A DNA stretch of 64,000 nt from Escherichia coli (GTDB lineage Bacteria > Pseudomonadota > Gammaproteobacteria > Enterobacterales > Enterobacteriaceae): assembly GCF_030013595.1 (NCBI RefSeq), contig NZ_CP122768.1; one strand, 5' to 3'. This document shows positions 51,125 to 63,659 of this stretch, in pieces (positions within the stretch are counted from its first letter, which is position 1; every line of letters begins with the position of its first letter). Below the pieces are notes generated by a model, which searched no databases, was not told where the DNA came from, and saw nothing but the letters and a program-made list of their open reading frames with translations. The position numbers and the translations under genes were made by a program.

Positions 51125-52375
51125 ATGGATATAATGAGAAGTGTTGTGGGGATGGTGGTGTTACTGGCAATAGCATTTCTGTTGTCAGTGAATAAAAAGG
51201 GCATCAGTTTGCGCACGGTTGGAGCCGCACTGCTGCTGCAAATCGCTATTGGTGGCATCATGCTCTACTTCCCACCGGGAAAATGGGCAGTAGAACAGGC
51301 GGCATTAGGCGTTCATAAAGTGATGTCTTACAGTGATGCCGGTAGTGCCTTTATTTTTGGTTCATTGGTCGGGCCGAAAATGGATGTCCTGTTTGATGGC
51401 GCGGGCTTTATCTTCGCCTTTCGCGTACTCCCGGCGATTATCTTCGTCACTGCGCTCATCAGCCTGCTGTACTACATTGGCGTGATGGGGCTGCTAATCC
51501 GCATTCTTGGCAGTATTTTTCAGAAAGCCCTCAACATCAGCAAAATCGAATCTTTTGTTGCGGTTACCACTATTTTCCTCGGGCAAAATGAGATCCCGGC
51601 GATCGTAAAACCGTTTATCGATCGCATGAATCGCAACGAGCTATTTACGGCAATTTGTAGCGGGATGGCGTCCATTGCCGGTTCGATGATGATTGGTTAT
51701 GCCGGAATGGGCGTACCAATTGACTACCTGTTAGCGGCATCGCTGATGGCGATCCCTGGTGGTATTTTGTTTGCACGTATTCTTAGCCCGGCAACCGAGC
51801 CTTCGCAGGTGACATTTGAAAATCTGTCGTTCAGCGAAACGCCGCCAAAAGGCTTTATCGAAGCGGCGGCGAGCGGTGCGATGACCGGGCTGAAAATCGC
51901 CGCTGGTGTGGCGACGGTGGTAATGGCGTTTGTCGCAATTATTGCGCTGATCAACGGCATTATCGGCGGAATTGGCGGCTGGTTTGGTTTCGCCAATGCC
52001 TCTCTGGAAAGTATTTTTGGCTATGTGCTGGCACCGCTGGCGTGGATTATGGGCGTGGACTGGAGTGATGCCAACCTTGCGGGTAGCCTGATTGGGCAGA
52101 AACTGGCGATTAACGAATTCGTCGCTTACCTGAGTTTCTCCCCATACCTGCAAACGGGCGGCACGCTGGAAGTGAAAACCATTGCGATTATCTCCTTTGC
52201 GCTTTGTGGTTTTGCTAACTTTGGTTCTATCGGTGTTGTCGTTGGCGCATTTTCGGCTATTTCGCCAAAACGCGCGCCGGAAATCGCCCAGCTTGGTTTA
52301 CGGGCGCTGGCAGCAGCAACGCTTTCCAACCTGATGAGCGCGACCATTGCCGGGTTCTTTATTGGTTTAGCTTGA
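51125..52375 (+). CDS. psuT: NupC-family nucleoside transporter PsuT (YeiM)
   Basis: 416-aa polytopic membrane protein, paralogous to the nupX product in this window. Confidence 0.85.
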   Translation: MDIMRSVVGMVVLLAIAFLLSVNKKGISLRTVGAALLLQIAIGGIMLYFPPGKWAVEQAALGVHKVMSYSDAGSAFIFGSLVGPKMDVLFDGAGFIFAFRVLPAIIFVTALISLLYYIGVMGLLIRILGSIFQKALNISKIESFVAVTTIFLGQNEIPAIVKPFIDRMNRNELFTAICSGMASIAGSMMIGYAGMGVPIDYLLAASLMAIPGGILFARILSPATEPSQVTFENLSFSETPPKGFIEAAASGAMTGLKIAAGVATVVMAFVAIIALINGIIGGIGGWFGFANASLESIFGYVLAPLAWIMGVDWSDANLAGSLIGQKLAINEFVAYLSFSPYLQTGGTLEVKTIAIISFALCGFANFGSIGVVVGAFSAISPKRAPEIAQLGLRALAAATLSNLMSATIAGFFIGLA

Positions 52376-52442
52376 GTTTCATTGCCGGATGTACGCCTTA
52401 TTAAGCGTTGCATCCGGCAATCGCGCTATTGCAGATTATTTT

Positions 52443-53102
52443 TTACTGCATCATCCCGGAGAATTTATTCTCCGGGTCCATCTCCAGCGCCAGTCCTGAC
52501 AACTGCTTTCTGTTTTTAATTAAATACCCTTTCTTACTTTTAATTAATAAACCGTCGTGAATGAGTTGAGCGATCACATATAGCAAGTGACGATAAGTAA
52601 CACCTAAATACTCTGCTGCCTGGGTATGTTTTTCGTGATAAAGATCACCTTCTTGTGAGAGTAATATAAAAGCTGCCAGGCGATTCACTAACGGAAATGA
52701 TTGATTCTGAGTTAAAGAAACAATATTGCGATAATTTTTATGGCTTAAACTAACGCAGAGTTTTCGTAAAAATAGTGTGTCGTTTAATAACAGCGGACGG
52801 TAATGTTTCATAGGGAGCGCAAGGCACCAACACTCTTCAATAGCCTGCACCGCACGCGGTTCATGGTCTTTATCTATTAACTCAATCTCACCAATAAAAC
52901 AGGGGGCGGCAAAGAAATCGATCAGCGACACGCGACCATTAGCAAGCGTGGCGTAAAGCCTGGCGCGGCCTCGCGTCAGGTAAAACAGCCAGGACGGCTG
53001 TTGCCCTTCCTGCACAATGTAGTCACGCGCTAAAAAATGAAACAGCCGCGTATCGGCTGAAACATCCGTTGAAAAGCAATCCTTAAACGCGGATTCACTC
53101 AT
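52443..53102 (-). CDS. yeiL: CRP/FNR-family transcriptional regulator YeiL
   Basis: 219 aa from [10 protein letters not shown]; cNMP-binding-like domain plus C-terminal HTH. Confidence 0.8.
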   Translation of the reverse strand: MSESAFKDCFSTDVSADTRLFHFLARDYIVQEGQQPSWLFYLTRGRARLYATLANGRVSLIDFFAAPCFIGEIELIDKDHEPRAVQAIEECWCLALPMKHYRPLLLNDTLFLRKLCVSLSHKNYRNIVSLTQNQSFPLVNRLAAFILLSQEGDLYHEKHTQAAEYLGVTYRHLLYVIAQLIHDGLLIKSKKGYLIKNRKQLSGLALEMDPENKFSGMMQ

Positions 53103-53270
53103 CAATTGCTGCTTAAGATCATTATTGTGGATTTCTTTCACGATGTTTATCCGCTATGAGATTTCTCATATTTAGCATACTTACGCTGTTGTTAAGATTC
53201 AATCATCGGCCCGGTCGAATTTTCTTTGCTGTAGAAAAAATAACGCAACTGGAAACAGAGGAAATAAACA

Positions 53271-54212
53271 ATGGAAAAGAGAAGAATTATTCTGGATTGT
53301 GATCCGGGTCATGATGATGCTATTGCAATGATGATGGCAGCGAAACATCCGGCAATAGATTTATTAGGCATCACCATTGTGGCGGGTAATCAAACCCTCG
53401 ATAAAACATTAATTAATGGCCTGAATGTTTGCCAGAAACTGGAGATTAATGTTCCGGTTTATGCGGGTATGCCACAGCCCATTATGCGTCAACAAATTGT
53501 TGCCGATAATATTCACGGTGAAACCGGACTGGATGGCCCGGTATTCGAGCCGCTAACCCGCCAGGCAGAAAACACTCATGCGGTGAAATATATCATCGAT
53601 ACCCTGATGGCAAGCGATGGCGATATCACTCTGGTGCCGGTTGGTCCGTTGTCAAACATCGCGGTGGCAATGCGCATGCAACCCGCAATCCTGCCCAAAA
53701 TCCGTGAAATTGTACTGATGGGCGGCGCTTATGGTACTGGCAACTTCACGCCATCTGCCGAGTTCAACATCTTTGCGGACCCGGAAGCGGCGCGAGTGGT
53801 GTTCACCTCCGGCGTTCCATTAGTGATGATGGGCCTCGATCTCACCAACCAGACCGTTTGCACCCCGGACGTGATTGCACGGATGGAAAGGGCAGGCGGC
53901 CCCGCCGGAGAGCTGTTCAGCGACATCATGAACTTCACTCTCAAAACGCAGTTCGAAAACTACGGCCTTGCTGGCGGCCCGGTGCATGACGCCACCTGCA
54001 TCGGTTATCTGATTAACCCTGATGGCATTAAAACCCAGGAGATGTACGTCGACGTGGACGTTAACAGTGGCCCTTGCTATGGGCGTACCGTCTGCGACGA
54101 GCTGGGCGTTCTTGGCAAGCCCGCCAATACCAAAGTCGGCATCACTATTGATACTGACTGGTTCTGGGGATTAGTCGAAGAGTGCGTGCGCGGCTACATC
54201 AAAACCCATTAA
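53271..54212 (+). CDS. rihB: Pyrimidine-specific ribonucleoside hydrolase RihB
   Basis: 313 aa, N-terminal DCDPGHDDA nucleoside hydrolase motif. Confidence 0.9.
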   Translation: MEKRRIILDCDPGHDDAIAMMMAAKHPAIDLLGITIVAGNQTLDKTLINGLNVCQKLEINVPVYAGMPQPIMRQQIVADNIHGETGLDGPVFEPLTRQAENTHAVKYIIDTLMASDGDITLVPVGPLSNIAVAMRMQPAILPKIREIVLMGGAYGTGNFTPSAEFNIFADPEAARVVFTSGVPLVMMGLDLTNQTVCTPDVIARMERAGGPAGELFSDIMNFTLKTQFENYGLAGGPVHDATCIGYLINPDGIKTQEMYVDVDVNSGPCYGRTVCDELGVLGKPANTKVGITIDTDWFWGLVEECVRGYIKTH

Positions 54213-54311
54213 GTGTTGATAACAAGCCGGGTCAGTATCGCAAGATGCAGGCCCGGCTATTTCTGATGGGCAGAAAGCCGTCGCCCAAAATGACATGAAG
54301 AGATAATAACT

Positions 54312-55562
54312 ATGGATGTCATGAGAAGTGTTCTGGGAATGGTGGTATTGCTGGCAATTGCGTTTTTGCTGTCAGTAAACAAGAAGAAGATCAGCCTGCG
54401 TACCGTTGGCGCGGCGTTAGTGTTACAGGTCGTGATTGGCGGCATTATGCTTTGGTTACCGCCAGGGCGTTGGGTCGCTGAAAAAGTCGCTTTTGGCGTG
54501 CATAAAGTGATGGCGTACAGCGACGCGGGTAGCGCATTTATCTTTGGTTCTCTGGTCGGACCGAAAATGGACACCTTATTTGATGGCGCAGGATTTATCT
54601 TTGGTTTCAGGGTATTACCGGCAATTATCTTCGTTACAGCACTGGTGAGTATTCTCTACTACATCGGTGTGATGGGGATCTTAATTCGCATTCTCGGCGG
54701 TATATTCCAGAAAGCATTGAATATCAGCAAGATTGAGTCATTCGTCGCTGTCACTACCATTTTCCTCGGGCAAAACGAAATTCCGGCAATCGTCAAACCC
54801 TTTATCGATCGTCTGAATCGCAATGAATTATTTACGGCTATTTGTAGTGGCATGGCCTCGATTGCTGGTTCGACAATGATTGGTTACGCCGCACTGGGCG
54901 TGCCTGTGGAATATCTGCTAGCGGCATCGTTAATGGCGATCCCCGGCGGGATCTTGTTTGCCCGCCTGTTAAGCCCGGCTACCGAATCTTCGCAGGTTTC
55001 CTTTAATAACCTCTCTTTCACCGAAACACCGCCAAAAAGCATTATTGAAGCCGCCGCTACAGGGGCAATGACCGGGCTGAAAATCGCCGCAGGTGTAGCG
55101 ACAGTAGTGATGGCATTTGTCGCCATCATTGCGTTAATTAACGGTATTATCGGCGGCGTTGGCGGCTGGTTTGGTTTTGAACATGCCTCGCTGGAGTCCA
55201 TTTTAGGTTACCTGCTGGCCCCGCTGGCGTGGGTGATGGGGGTTGACTGGAGTGATGCGAATCTTGCCGGGAGTTTGATTGGACAGAAACTGGCGATTAA
55301 TGAATTTGTCGCTTACCTCAATTTCTCACCTTATCTGCAAACAGCTGGCACTCTGGATGCTAAAACCGTGGCGATTATTTCCTTCGCGTTGTGCGGTTTC
55401 GCTAACTTTGGTTCTATCGGGGTGGTGGTGGGGGCGTTTTCTGCGGTTGCGCCACACCGTGCGCCGGAAATCGCCCAGCTTGGTTTACGCGCGCTGGCGG
55501 CGGCGACACTTTCTAACCTGATGAGTGCCACCATTGCAGGATTCTTTATTGGCTTAGCGTAG
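54312..55562 (+). CDS. nupX: NupC-family nucleoside transporter NupX (YeiJ)
   Basis: 416-aa polytopic membrane protein. Confidence 0.85.
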   Translation: MDVMRSVLGMVVLLAIAFLLSVNKKKISLRTVGAALVLQVVIGGIMLWLPPGRWVAEKVAFGVHKVMAYSDAGSAFIFGSLVGPKMDTLFDGAGFIFGFRVLPAIIFVTALVSILYYIGVMGILIRILGGIFQKALNISKIESFVAVTTIFLGQNEIPAIVKPFIDRLNRNELFTAICSGMASIAGSTMIGYAALGVPVEYLLAASLMAIPGGILFARLLSPATESSQVSFNNLSFTETPPKSIIEAAATGAMTGLKIAAGVATVVMAFVAIIALINGIIGGVGGWFGFEHASLESILGYLLAPLAWVMGVDWSDANLAGSLIGQKLAINEFVAYLNFSPYLQTAGTLDAKTVAIISFALCGFANFGSIGVVVGAFSAVAPHRAPEIAQLGLRALAAATLSNLMSATIAGFFIGLA

Positions 55563-55617
55563 TGCGCGATTTATGAGCCGGATAAGACGCGGTCAAGCGT
55601 CGAATCCGGCAACATTG

Positions 55618-56706
55618 TTACACCATCGGCACTAATGAAAGCGCGTTATCGGCAGACAGGGTAGGGTTGTTTAAGCTGCCGCTGGCGCGTGAAATTGCCG
55701 CGCAGGCCATCGCAAAACGGGCGCTGTCACGGAAATTGTTTCCCTCCAGAAAGCTATATACCAGGCCCGCCATAAAACCATCGTCAGCACCAAAACTGTC
55801 TACTGTCGTATGCGCTGGCGCTGTCAGCAAAAATTGCTCTCCATTCTTTTCGCTGCAATAAACTGACTCATCGGGCAAATAAACAAACAGTTGCTGAACG
55901 CCTTGCTGATGCAACGCATTCACTGCGGCATTACGGTCAGCATCGCTGGTGATCGCCTGTCCCCATAAAATTTCCAGCTCCGGTAAAGTGGGTTTCAGGG
56001 TGTGAATATGCGCCAGCCAGTGTTTGATTTTGCCCGCTTTGAATTCTGAAACGGTATCGACAAACACCGGGATTTCATCAGCGAGGGTAAAGACCCACTC
56101 CAGCGCCTCGGCTGTCAGGTTGCAATCAGCAAGTACCACGCCCGCATGACGAAGTAAATCGCGCGACCCGTTCAGTAGTTGCGGTGTCAACTGATCCAGC
56201 AGATGGGTATCGTTAATCGCCAGCACGGTTTGATCATCTCGATTGGCAATTGCCAGATACGTCGATGTGCTTTGACCATGTAAACGAACGCAGCCGGAGA
56301 CATTCACGCCGGCGCGGCGCGTTTCTTCCAGGAGCATTTCGCCATAAAAGTCATCGCCAATCACTGAAAGCAAATGGACGTCGCGGCCTAACAGCGCCAG
56401 ATTGTGGGCGATATTGCGTCCCACGCCGCCCGCCGAGCAATGAATTGTACCGGGATGAGAAGCCGCTTGTGGGTAACGGATATCCGCCATCCCGCGAATA
56501 TCCATATTGATTGTCCCAACCACTACGCAGTATTCCTGCTCGGTGAGAATGTAACCTTTGCCTTTAATCCGGCCTTTGCGCATTAAATCCATAATATGCG
56601 CCGCAACGCGCGAACGGCTGATTTGCAGCATGTCCGCAATTTCGTTCTGCTGAATCAGCGGGTTACGCCGTAAAATTGCAAGGATCTCCTTTTCCCGGTT
56701 ATTCAT
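55618..56706 (-). CDS. yeiI: HTH-containing PfkB-family sugar kinase YeiI
   Basis: 362 aa, N-terminal HTH plus PfkB kinase domain. Confidence 0.85.
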   Translation of the reverse strand: MNNREKEILAILRRNPLIQQNEIADMLQISRSRVAAHIMDLMRKGRIKGKGYILTEQEYCVVVGTINMDIRGMADIRYPQAASHPGTIHCSAGGVGRNIAHNLALLGRDVHLLSVIGDDFYGEMLLEETRRAGVNVSGCVRLHGQSTSTYLAIANRDDQTVLAINDTHLLDQLTPQLLNGSRDLLRHAGVVLADCNLTAEALEWVFTLADEIPVFVDTVSEFKAGKIKHWLAHIHTLKPTLPELEILWGQAITSDADRNAAVNALHQQGVQQLFVYLPDESVYCSEKNGEQFLLTAPAHTTVDSFGADDGFMAGLVYSFLEGNNFRDSARFAMACAAISRASGSLNNPTLSADNALSLVPMV

Positions 56707-56708
56707 CT

Positions 56709-57566
56709 TCAGGCTACCGCTTTTTCAGTTTGTTGCGCTTTCAGCCAGGCGATCTCTTCTGCCCAGATATCCGGGTTGATGGTTTCAAGGATCAGCGGAA
56801 TGCCGTCGAAGCGGTCGTCCTGCATGATCCAGCGGAACGCATCATGACCGATATTGCCTTCACCGAGGCTATGATGGCGGTCAACGCGGCTGCCAAAGGT
56901 GCTTTTCGCATCGTTAAGGTGCATCCCGCGCAGATACTTAAAGCCGACAATACGGGCAAAATCCGCGAACGTTTTCTCGCATTCGGCTGGAGTACGCAAA
57001 TCATACCCGGCAGCGAAAGCATGGCAGGTATCAATGCAGACGCCGACGCGGGATTTATCTTCCACGCCGTCGATAATCGCCGCGAGATGTTCGAATTTAA
57101 ACCCTAAGTTACTGCCCTGACCGGCGGTGTTTTCAATCACCGCGGTTACACCTTGAGTTTTATCCAGCGCAATGTTGATGGATTCGGCAATACGCGCAAG
57201 GCAATCCTCTTCTGAAATCTGCATCAGATGGCTGCCAGGGTGGAAGTTGAGCAAAGAAAGCCCCAGCTGTTCGCAACGCTGCATTTCATCTATAAACGCA
57301 TCGCGCGATTTTTCCAGAGCTTCAGCGACCGGATGTCCGAGGTTAATCAGATAACTGTCGTGGGGAAGAATTTGCGCCGATGTGTAGTGATATTTTTCAC
57401 AGGCGGCTTTGAATTCATCGATGGTTTGCGTCGTGAGCGGTGCGGCACGCCACTGACGTTGGTTTTTGGTGAACAAGGCAAACGCGGTTGCGTCGATTTC
57501 GGCGGCGCGAATTGCGGCATTTGCCAGACCGCCAGCAGCACTAACGTGCGCTCCAATGTATTTCAT
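56709..57566 (-). CDS. nfo: Endonuclease IV
   Basis: 285 aa, AP endonuclease family 2 (xylose-isomerase-like TIM barrel). Confidence 0.9.
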   Translation of the reverse strand: MKYIGAHVSAAGGLANAAIRAAEIDATAFALFTKNQRQWRAAPLTTQTIDEFKAACEKYHYTSAQILPHDSYLINLGHPVAEALEKSRDAFIDEMQRCEQLGLSLLNFHPGSHLMQISEEDCLARIAESINIALDKTQGVTAVIENTAGQGSNLGFKFEHLAAIIDGVEDKSRVGVCIDTCHAFAAGYDLRTPAECEKTFADFARIVGFKYLRGMHLNDAKSTFGSRVDRHHSLGEGNIGHDAFRWIMQDDRFDGIPLILETINPDIWAEEIAWLKAQQTEKAVA

Positions 57567-57639
57567 GCGAGGACTCCTGTTAAACCCGCTGGAGGAAAAC
57601 GGTAATGATAGCGGGTTAACAGGAGCAAGATGTAGTGGT

Positions 57640-58689
57640 TTATGCGATGACGCTTTGAATCACATAGTTAATCGCACCACCACCAACAATCAGCCAGGCA
57701 AACAGTACCAGTGCCATCAGCAGAGGTTTCGCCCCGGCTTTTTTCAGCGCGCTGACGTGAGTGGTCAGACCCAGCGCCGCCATCGCCATTGCCAGCAGGA
57801 AGGTATCCAGCGTTACCAGCATGTTCACCACGCTCTGCGGTAACAGGTGGAACGAGTTAAAGATGGCAACTACGATGAACAAGATGGCAAACCACGGAAT
57901 AGTGATTTTGCTTTTCTCGCCGCTGTTCGCCCCAGACAGCTGTTTAACACGCGCCGCCAGCAGGATGAGGAACGGAGCCAGCATCATCACGCGCAGCATT
58001 TTGGAAATAACTGCTGCGTTTTCCGCATCCGGGCTGATGGCATGACCTGCCGCCACCACCTGCGCCACTTCGTGCACAGTAGAACCAATGTAGATACCGA
58101 AAGTTTCTGGACTAAACCATTGAGACATCAGCGGATATATCGCCGGGTAGAGGAAAATCGCCACGGTCCCGAAGATAACAACGGTTGCAACAGCCACGGT
58201 TACTTTACTGGCTTCCGCTTTCACTACCGGCTCAGTCGCCAGTACCGCGGCAGCACCACAGATACTGCTACCGGCACCGATCAACCAGCTGGTGTGCTTA
58301 TCCAGACCAAACACTTTCTGCCCCAGGAAGCAAGCCAGCAGGAAGGTACTGGACAGCGTCAGCACGTCAATGATGATCCCACTGATACCGACATCGGCAA
58401 TTTGCGAGAACGTCAGACGGAAGCCATAAAGAATGATACCCAGACGTAATAAATATTGCTTGGCAAACAGCACACCACCGTCACAGCTTTTCCAGATGTG
58501 CGGATAGATGGTGTTGCCTAAAACCATCCCCAACAAGATTGCGAGGGTGAGGGCACTAAACCCGGCACCCGCAACCGCGGGAATGGAACCACCCCACAGG
58601 GCGACCCCGGTGATAACTGCACTCAGGGCTAACCCCGGAATAAAATGCCACAGTGTACGATGTTGTTTCTGTAAGGTGATATTCGTCAT
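57640..58689 (-). CDS. yeiH: PSE-family inner membrane protein YeiH
   Basis: 349-aa polytopic membrane protein divergent from yeiE. Confidence 0.85.
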   Translation of the reverse strand: MTNITLQKQHRTLWHFIPGLALSAVITGVALWGGSIPAVAGAGFSALTLAILLGMVLGNTIYPHIWKSCDGGVLFAKQYLLRLGIILYGFRLTFSQIADVGISGIIIDVLTLSSTFLLACFLGQKVFGLDKHTSWLIGAGSSICGAAAVLATEPVVKAEASKVTVAVATVVIFGTVAIFLYPAIYPLMSQWFSPETFGIYIGSTVHEVAQVVAAGHAISPDAENAAVISKMLRVMMLAPFLILLAARVKQLSGANSGEKSKITIPWFAILFIVVAIFNSFHLLPQSVVNMLVTLDTFLLAMAMAALGLTTHVSALKKAGAKPLLMALVLFAWLIVGGGAINYVIQSVIA

Positions 58690-58787
58690 AACCCTCTCCT
58701 TTAACCGGGCATAAGGTTACGACTAACTGGTTTAAAAATAAAATTGATTATATATTTATAATTAATCTTTATAAGTGGTAAGCGACT

Positions 58788-59669
58788 ATGCACATCACCC
58801 TCCGGCAGTTGGAAGTTTTTGCAGAAGTATTGAAAAGTGGATCAACCACCCAGGCGTCGGTGATGCTGGCGTTGTCGCAATCAGCAGTGAGCGCAGCCTT
58901 GACCGACCTGGAAGGGCAGCTTGGCGTGCAACTGTTTGATCGCGTGGGGAAAAGACTGGTTGTTAATGAACACGGGCGGCTGCTCTATCCGCGCGCGTTG
59001 GCACTGCTTGAACAGGCGGTTGAAATCGAACAACTGTTTCGCGAAGACAACGGCGCGATTCGTATCTATGCCAGTAGTACCATCGGTAACTACATTCTGC
59101 CTGCAGTTATCGCCCGTTATCGCCATGATTATCCGCAGTTGCCGATTGAACTTAGCGTTGGGAACAGCCAGGACGTGATGCAAGCGGTGCTGGATTTCCG
59201 CGTTGATATTGGCTTTATTGAAGGACCGTGCCACAGCACTGAAATCATCTCTGAACCGTGGCTGGAAGACGAGCTGGTGGTTTTCGCCGCGCCGACTTCG
59301 CCGTTGGCTCGTGGTCCGGTCACCTTAGAACAGCTGGCCGCTGCGCCGTGGATCCTGCGTGAACGCGGCTCCGGCACGCGGGAGATTGTCGATTATCTGT
59401 TGCTGTCACATTTACCGAAGTTTGAGATGGCGATGGAATTAGGTAACTCCGAGGCAATCAAACATGCGGTGCGTCATGGGTTGGGAATTAGTTGCCTGTC
59501 GCGGCGGGTGATTGAAGATCAATTGCAGGCAGGCACATTAAGTGAAGTTGCGGTCCCTCTGCCGCGCCTGATGCGTACGTTGTGGCGTATACATCATCGG
59601 CAAAAACACCTTTCCAACGCGCTACGGCGCTTTCTGGACTATTGCGATCCCGCGAATGTACCGCGTTAA
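58788..59669 (+). CDS. yeiE: LysR-family transcriptional regulator YeiE
   Basis: 293 aa, N-terminal LysR HTH, C-terminal substrate-binding domain. Confidence 0.85.
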
Positions 59670-59873
59670 GTTGCTGTACAAGAACATGCTGGTGCTGTGT
59701 CGATTTCGTGACGCAGCGCCCTCAGCATGCATTCGCCAGAAAAGAGATTGGCTGCTTTACTTATAATCCCTGGGCGATCATGAAGGTGTCTTATAACCGT
59801 GTATTTCTGCCGGAAGGATTGCCAATCGTCTGCTACAATCGCGCCTCATTTTTAAGATGGATAGCATTTTTGT

Positions 59874-61343
59874 ATGGGTTCCGAAACTAAAACTACAGAA
59901 GCGCCGGGCTTACGCCGTGAATTAAAGGCGCGTCACCTGACGATGATTGCCATTGGCGGTTCCATCGGTACAGGTCTTTTTGTTGCCTCTGGCGCAACGA
60001 TTTCTCAGGCAGGTCCGGGCGGGGCATTGCTCTCGTATATGTTGATTGGCCTGATGGTTTACTTCCTGATGACCAGTCTCGGTGAACTGGCTGCATATAT
60101 GCCGGTTTCCGGTTCGTTTGCCACTTACGGTCAGAACTATGTTGAAGAAGGCTTTGGCTTCGCGCTGGGCTGGAACTACTGGTACAACTGGGCGGTGACT
60201 ATCGCCGTTGACCTGGTTGCAGCTCAGCTGGTCATGAGCTGGTGGTTCCCGGATACACCGGGCTGGATCTGGAGTGCGCTGTTCCTCGGCGTTATCTTCC
60301 TGCTGAACTACATCTCAGTTCGTGGCTTTGGTGAAGCGGAATACTGGTTCTCACTGATCAAAGTCACGACAGTTATTGTCTTTATCATCGTTGGCGTGCT
60401 GATGATTATCGGTATCTTCAAAGGCGCGCAGCCTGCGGGCTGGAGCAACTGGACAATCGGCGAAGCGCCGTTTGCTGGTGGTTTTGCGGCGATGATCGGC
60501 GTAGCTATGATTGTCGGCTTCTCTTTCCAGGGAACCGAGCTGATCGGTATTGCTGCAGGCGAGTCCGAAGATCCGGCGAAAAACATTCCACGCGCGGTAC
60601 ATCAGGTGTTCTGGCGAATCCTGTTGTTCTATGTGTTCGCGATCCTGATTATCAGCCTGATTATTCCGTACACCGATCCGAGCCTGCTGCGTAACGATGT
60701 TAAAGACATCAGCGTCAGTCCGTTCACCCTGGTATTCCAGCACGCGGGTCTGCTCTCTGCGGCGGCGGTGATGAACGCAGTTATTCTGACGGCGGTGCTG
60801 TCAGCGGGTAACTCCGGTATGTATGCGTCTACTCGTATGCTGTACACCCTGGCGTGTGACGGTAAAGCGCCGCGCATTTTCGCTAAACTGTCGCGTGGTG
60901 GCGTGCCGCGTAATGCGCTGTATGCGACGACGGTGATTGCCGGTCTGTGCTTCCTGACCTCCATGTTTGGCAACCAGACGGTATACCTGTGGCTGCTGAA
61001 CACCTCCGGGATGACCGGTTTTATCGCCTGGCTGGGGATTGCCATTAGCCACTATCGCTTCCGTCGCGGTTACGTATTGCAGGGACACGACATTAACGAT
61101 CTGCCGTACCGTTCAGGTTTCTTCCCATTGGGGCCGATCTTCGCATTCATTCTGTGTCTGATTATCACTTTGGGCCAGAACTACGAAGCGTTCCTGAAAG
61201 ATACCATTGACTGGGGCGGCGTAGCGGCAACGTATATTGGTATCCCGCTGTTCCTGATTATTTGGTTCGGCTACAAGCTGATTAAAGGAACTCACTTTGT
61301 ACGCTACAGCGAAATGAAGTTCCCGCAGAACGATAAGAAATAA
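59874..61343 (+). CDS. lysP: Lysine-specific permease LysP (APC family)
   Basis: 489-aa 12-TM amino-acid permease. Confidence 0.9.
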   Translation: MGSETKTTEAPGLRRELKARHLTMIAIGGSIGTGLFVASGATISQAGPGGALLSYMLIGLMVYFLMTSLGELAAYMPVSGSFATYGQNYVEEGFGFALGWNYWYNWAVTIAVDLVAAQLVMSWWFPDTPGWIWSALFLGVIFLLNYISVRGFGEAEYWFSLIKVTTVIVFIIVGVLMIIGIFKGAQPAGWSNWTIGEAPFAGGFAAMIGVAMIVGFSFQGTELIGIAAGESEDPAKNIPRAVHQVFWRILLFYVFAILIISLIIPYTDPSLLRNDVKDISVSPFTLVFQHAGLLSAAAVMNAVILTAVLSAGNSGMYASTRMLYTLACDGKAPRIFAKLSRGGVPRNALYATTVIAGLCFLTSMFGNQTVYLWLLNTSGMTGFIAWLGIAISHYRFRRGYVLQGHDINDLPYRSGFFPLGPIFAFILCLIITLGQNYEAFLKDTIDWGGVAATYIGIPLFLIIWFGYKLIKGTHFVRYSEMKFPQNDKK

Positions 61344-61365
61344 GTTTCCTCCCTTCCTTGCTAAG

Positions 61366-61390
61366 TCCTCTCAACCGAGAGGGCTTTTTC
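61366..61390 (+). terminator. Rho-independent terminator of lysP
   Basis: CCTCTCAACCGAGAGGG hairpin followed by CTTTTTC. Confidence 0.6.
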
Positions 61391-61419
61391 AATTCTATTT
61401 CCCTGACAAATCATGCGGA

Positions 61420-61467
61420 TATAAAATTTATCATTTGGATTGATAATTGTTATCGTTTGCATTATCG
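61420..61467. promoter_or_regulatory. Fur box(es) in the cirA promoter
   Basis: GATAATTGTTATCGTTTGCATTATC and an upstream AT-rich ATAAAATTTATCATTT element, both resembling the Fur consensus GATAATGATAATCATTATC. Confidence 0.7.
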
Positions 61468-61636
61468 TTACGCCGCAATCAAAAAAAGGCTGACAAATCA
61501 GAGGCTGTTCCGGCTTTCTGGGATGATCACCTGCATACAAATAAGTCCACCGCGATGCTGCCGTACGCAAGGGGACGTGAAGAAGATGTGAGCGATAACC
61601 CATTTTATTTTCGTAGTTACCTCATGGAGATATGGA

Positions 61637-63628
61637 ATGTTTAGGTTGAACCCTTTCGTACGGGTCGGGCTGTGTTTGTCCGCTATTTCTTGTGCATGGC
61701 CTGTGTTAGCGGTCGATGATGATGGCGAAACGATGGTTGTCACTGCATCTTCCGTTGAACAAAACCTTAAAGATGCACCCGCCAGTATCAGCGTCATTAC
61801 CCAGGAAGACCTGCAGCGAAAACCGGTACAGAATCTGAAGGATGTCCTCAAAGAAGTGCCTGGCGTACAACTGACGAACGAAGGGGATAACCGTAAGGGC
61901 GTTAGTATTCGTGGTCTGGACAGCAGCTACACCCTGATTCTCGTCGACGGTAAACGCGTTAACTCCCGCAATGCCGTCTTCCGCCACAATGATTTCGATC
62001 TGAACTGGATCCCGGTCGATTCCATCGAACGTATTGAAGTGGTCCGTGGCCCGATGTCGTCGCTGTACGGTTCCGATGCGCTCGGCGGTGTAGTGAATAT
62101 CATCACCAAAAAAATCGGTCAGAAATGGTCGGGTACCGTTACCGTCGATACCACCATTCAGGAACATCGCGATCGCGGTGATACCTATAACGGTCAGTTC
62201 TTTACCAGCGGACCATTAATTGATGGTGTGCTGGGAATGAAAGCTTACGGCAGCCTGGCAAAACGTGAAAAGGATGACCCGCAAAACTCAACGACCACCG
62301 ATACCGGAGAAACGCCGCGTATTGAAGGATTCTCCAGCCGCGACGGCAATGTGGAATTTGCCTGGACACCGAATCAAAATCACGATTTTACTGCCGGATA
62401 CGGTTTCGACCGTCAGGATCGTGATTCCGACTCGCTGGACAAAAACCGCCTGGAACGCCAGAACTACTCCGTCAGCCATAATGGTCGTTGGGATTACGGC
62501 ACCAGCGAACTGAAATACTACGGTGAGAAAGTCGAGAACAAAAACCCTGGCAACAGCAGCCCGATAACTTCCGAAAGCAATACGGTCGACGGCAAATACA
62601 CGTTGCCGCTGACGGCGATTAATCAGTTTCTCACGGTTGGCGGTGAATGGCGTCACGACAAACTTAGCGATGCGGTGAACCTGACCGGGGGAACCAGCTC
62701 CAAAACATCTGCCAGCCAGTACGCGCTATTTGTTGAAGATGAATGGCGGATCTTCGAGCCGCTGGCGCTGACGACCGGCGTGCGTATGGACGATCACGAA
62801 ACCTACGGTGAACACTGGAGTCCGCGTGCCTACCTGGTTTATAACGCCACCGACACCGTAACGGTGAAAGGGGGCTGGGCGACGGCATTTAAAGCACCTT
62901 CTCTGTTGCAACTTAGCCCTGACTGGACGAGCAATTCCTGCCGTGGCGCATGTAAGATTGTGGGTAGCCCGGATCTGAAACCAGAAACCAGCGAAAGTTG
63001 GGAACTGGGGCTTTACTACATGGGCGAAGACGGCTGGCTGGAAGGGGTGGAGTCCAGCGTTACCGTTTTCCGTAACGATGTGAAAGATCGCATCAGCATC
63101 AGCCGTACGTCTGACGTCAATGCTGCACCGGGCTACCAAAACTTTGTCGGTTTTGAGACGGGCGCTAACGGACGGCGCATACCGGTATTCAGCTACTACA
63201 ACGTTAACAAAGCTCGTATTCAGGGCGTGGAAACCGAACTGAAAATTCCGTTCAACGATGAATGGAAACTGTCGATCAACTACACCTACAACGATGGTCG
63301 TGATGTCAGCAACGGCGAAAACAAACCGCTATCCGATCTGCCGTTCCATACTGCTAACGGTACGCTGGACTGGAAACCGCTGGCACTGGAAGACTGGTCA
63401 TTCTATGTTTCCGGACACTATACCGGGCAGAAACGCGCCGACAGCGCGACGGCTAAAACACCGGGCGGTTATACCATCTGGAATACCGGTGCGGCCTGGC
63501 AGGTGACTAAAGACGTCAAACTGCGCGCAGGCGTGCTGAACCTTGGCGACAAGGATCTCAGTCGTGACGACTACAGCTATAACGAAGACGGACGTCGTTA
63601 CTTTATGGCAGTGGATTATCGCTTCTGA
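61637..63628 (+). CDS. cirA: TonB-dependent catecholate siderophore / colicin I receptor CirA
   Basis: 663 aa, signal peptide, TonB box (ETMVVTAS), C-terminal beta-barrel ending in F. Confidence 0.9.
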   Translation: MFRLNPFVRVGLCLSAISCAWPVLAVDDDGETMVVTASSVEQNLKDAPASISVITQEDLQRKPVQNLKDVLKEVPGVQLTNEGDNRKGVSIRGLDSSYTLILVDGKRVNSRNAVFRHNDFDLNWIPVDSIERIEVVRGPMSSLYGSDALGGVVNIITKKIGQKWSGTVTVDTTIQEHRDRGDTYNGQFFTSGPLIDGVLGMKAYGSLAKREKDDPQNSTTTDTGETPRIEGFSSRDGNVEFAWTPNQNHDFTAGYGFDRQDRDSDSLDKNRLERQNYSVSHNGRWDYGTSELKYYGEKVENKNPGNSSPITSESNTVDGKYTLPLTAINQFLTVGGEWRHDKLSDAVNLTGGTSSKTSASQYALFVEDEWRIFEPLALTTGVRMDDHETYGEHWSPRAYLVYNATDTVTVKGGWATAFKAPSLLQLSPDWTSNSCRGACKIVGSPDLKPETSESWELGLYYMGEDGWLEGVESSVTVFRNDVKDRISISRTSDVNAAPGYQNFVGFETGANGRRIPVFSYYNVNKARIQGVETELKIPFNDEWKLSINYTYNDGRDVSNGENKPLSDLPFHTANGTLDWKPLALEDWSFYVSGHYTGQKRADSATAKTPGGYTIWNTGAAWQVTKDVKLRAGVLNLGDKDLSRDDYSYNEDGRRYFMAVDYRF

Positions 63629-63659
63629 TGAGAAGATGCCCGGCGAACCGGGCGGACTT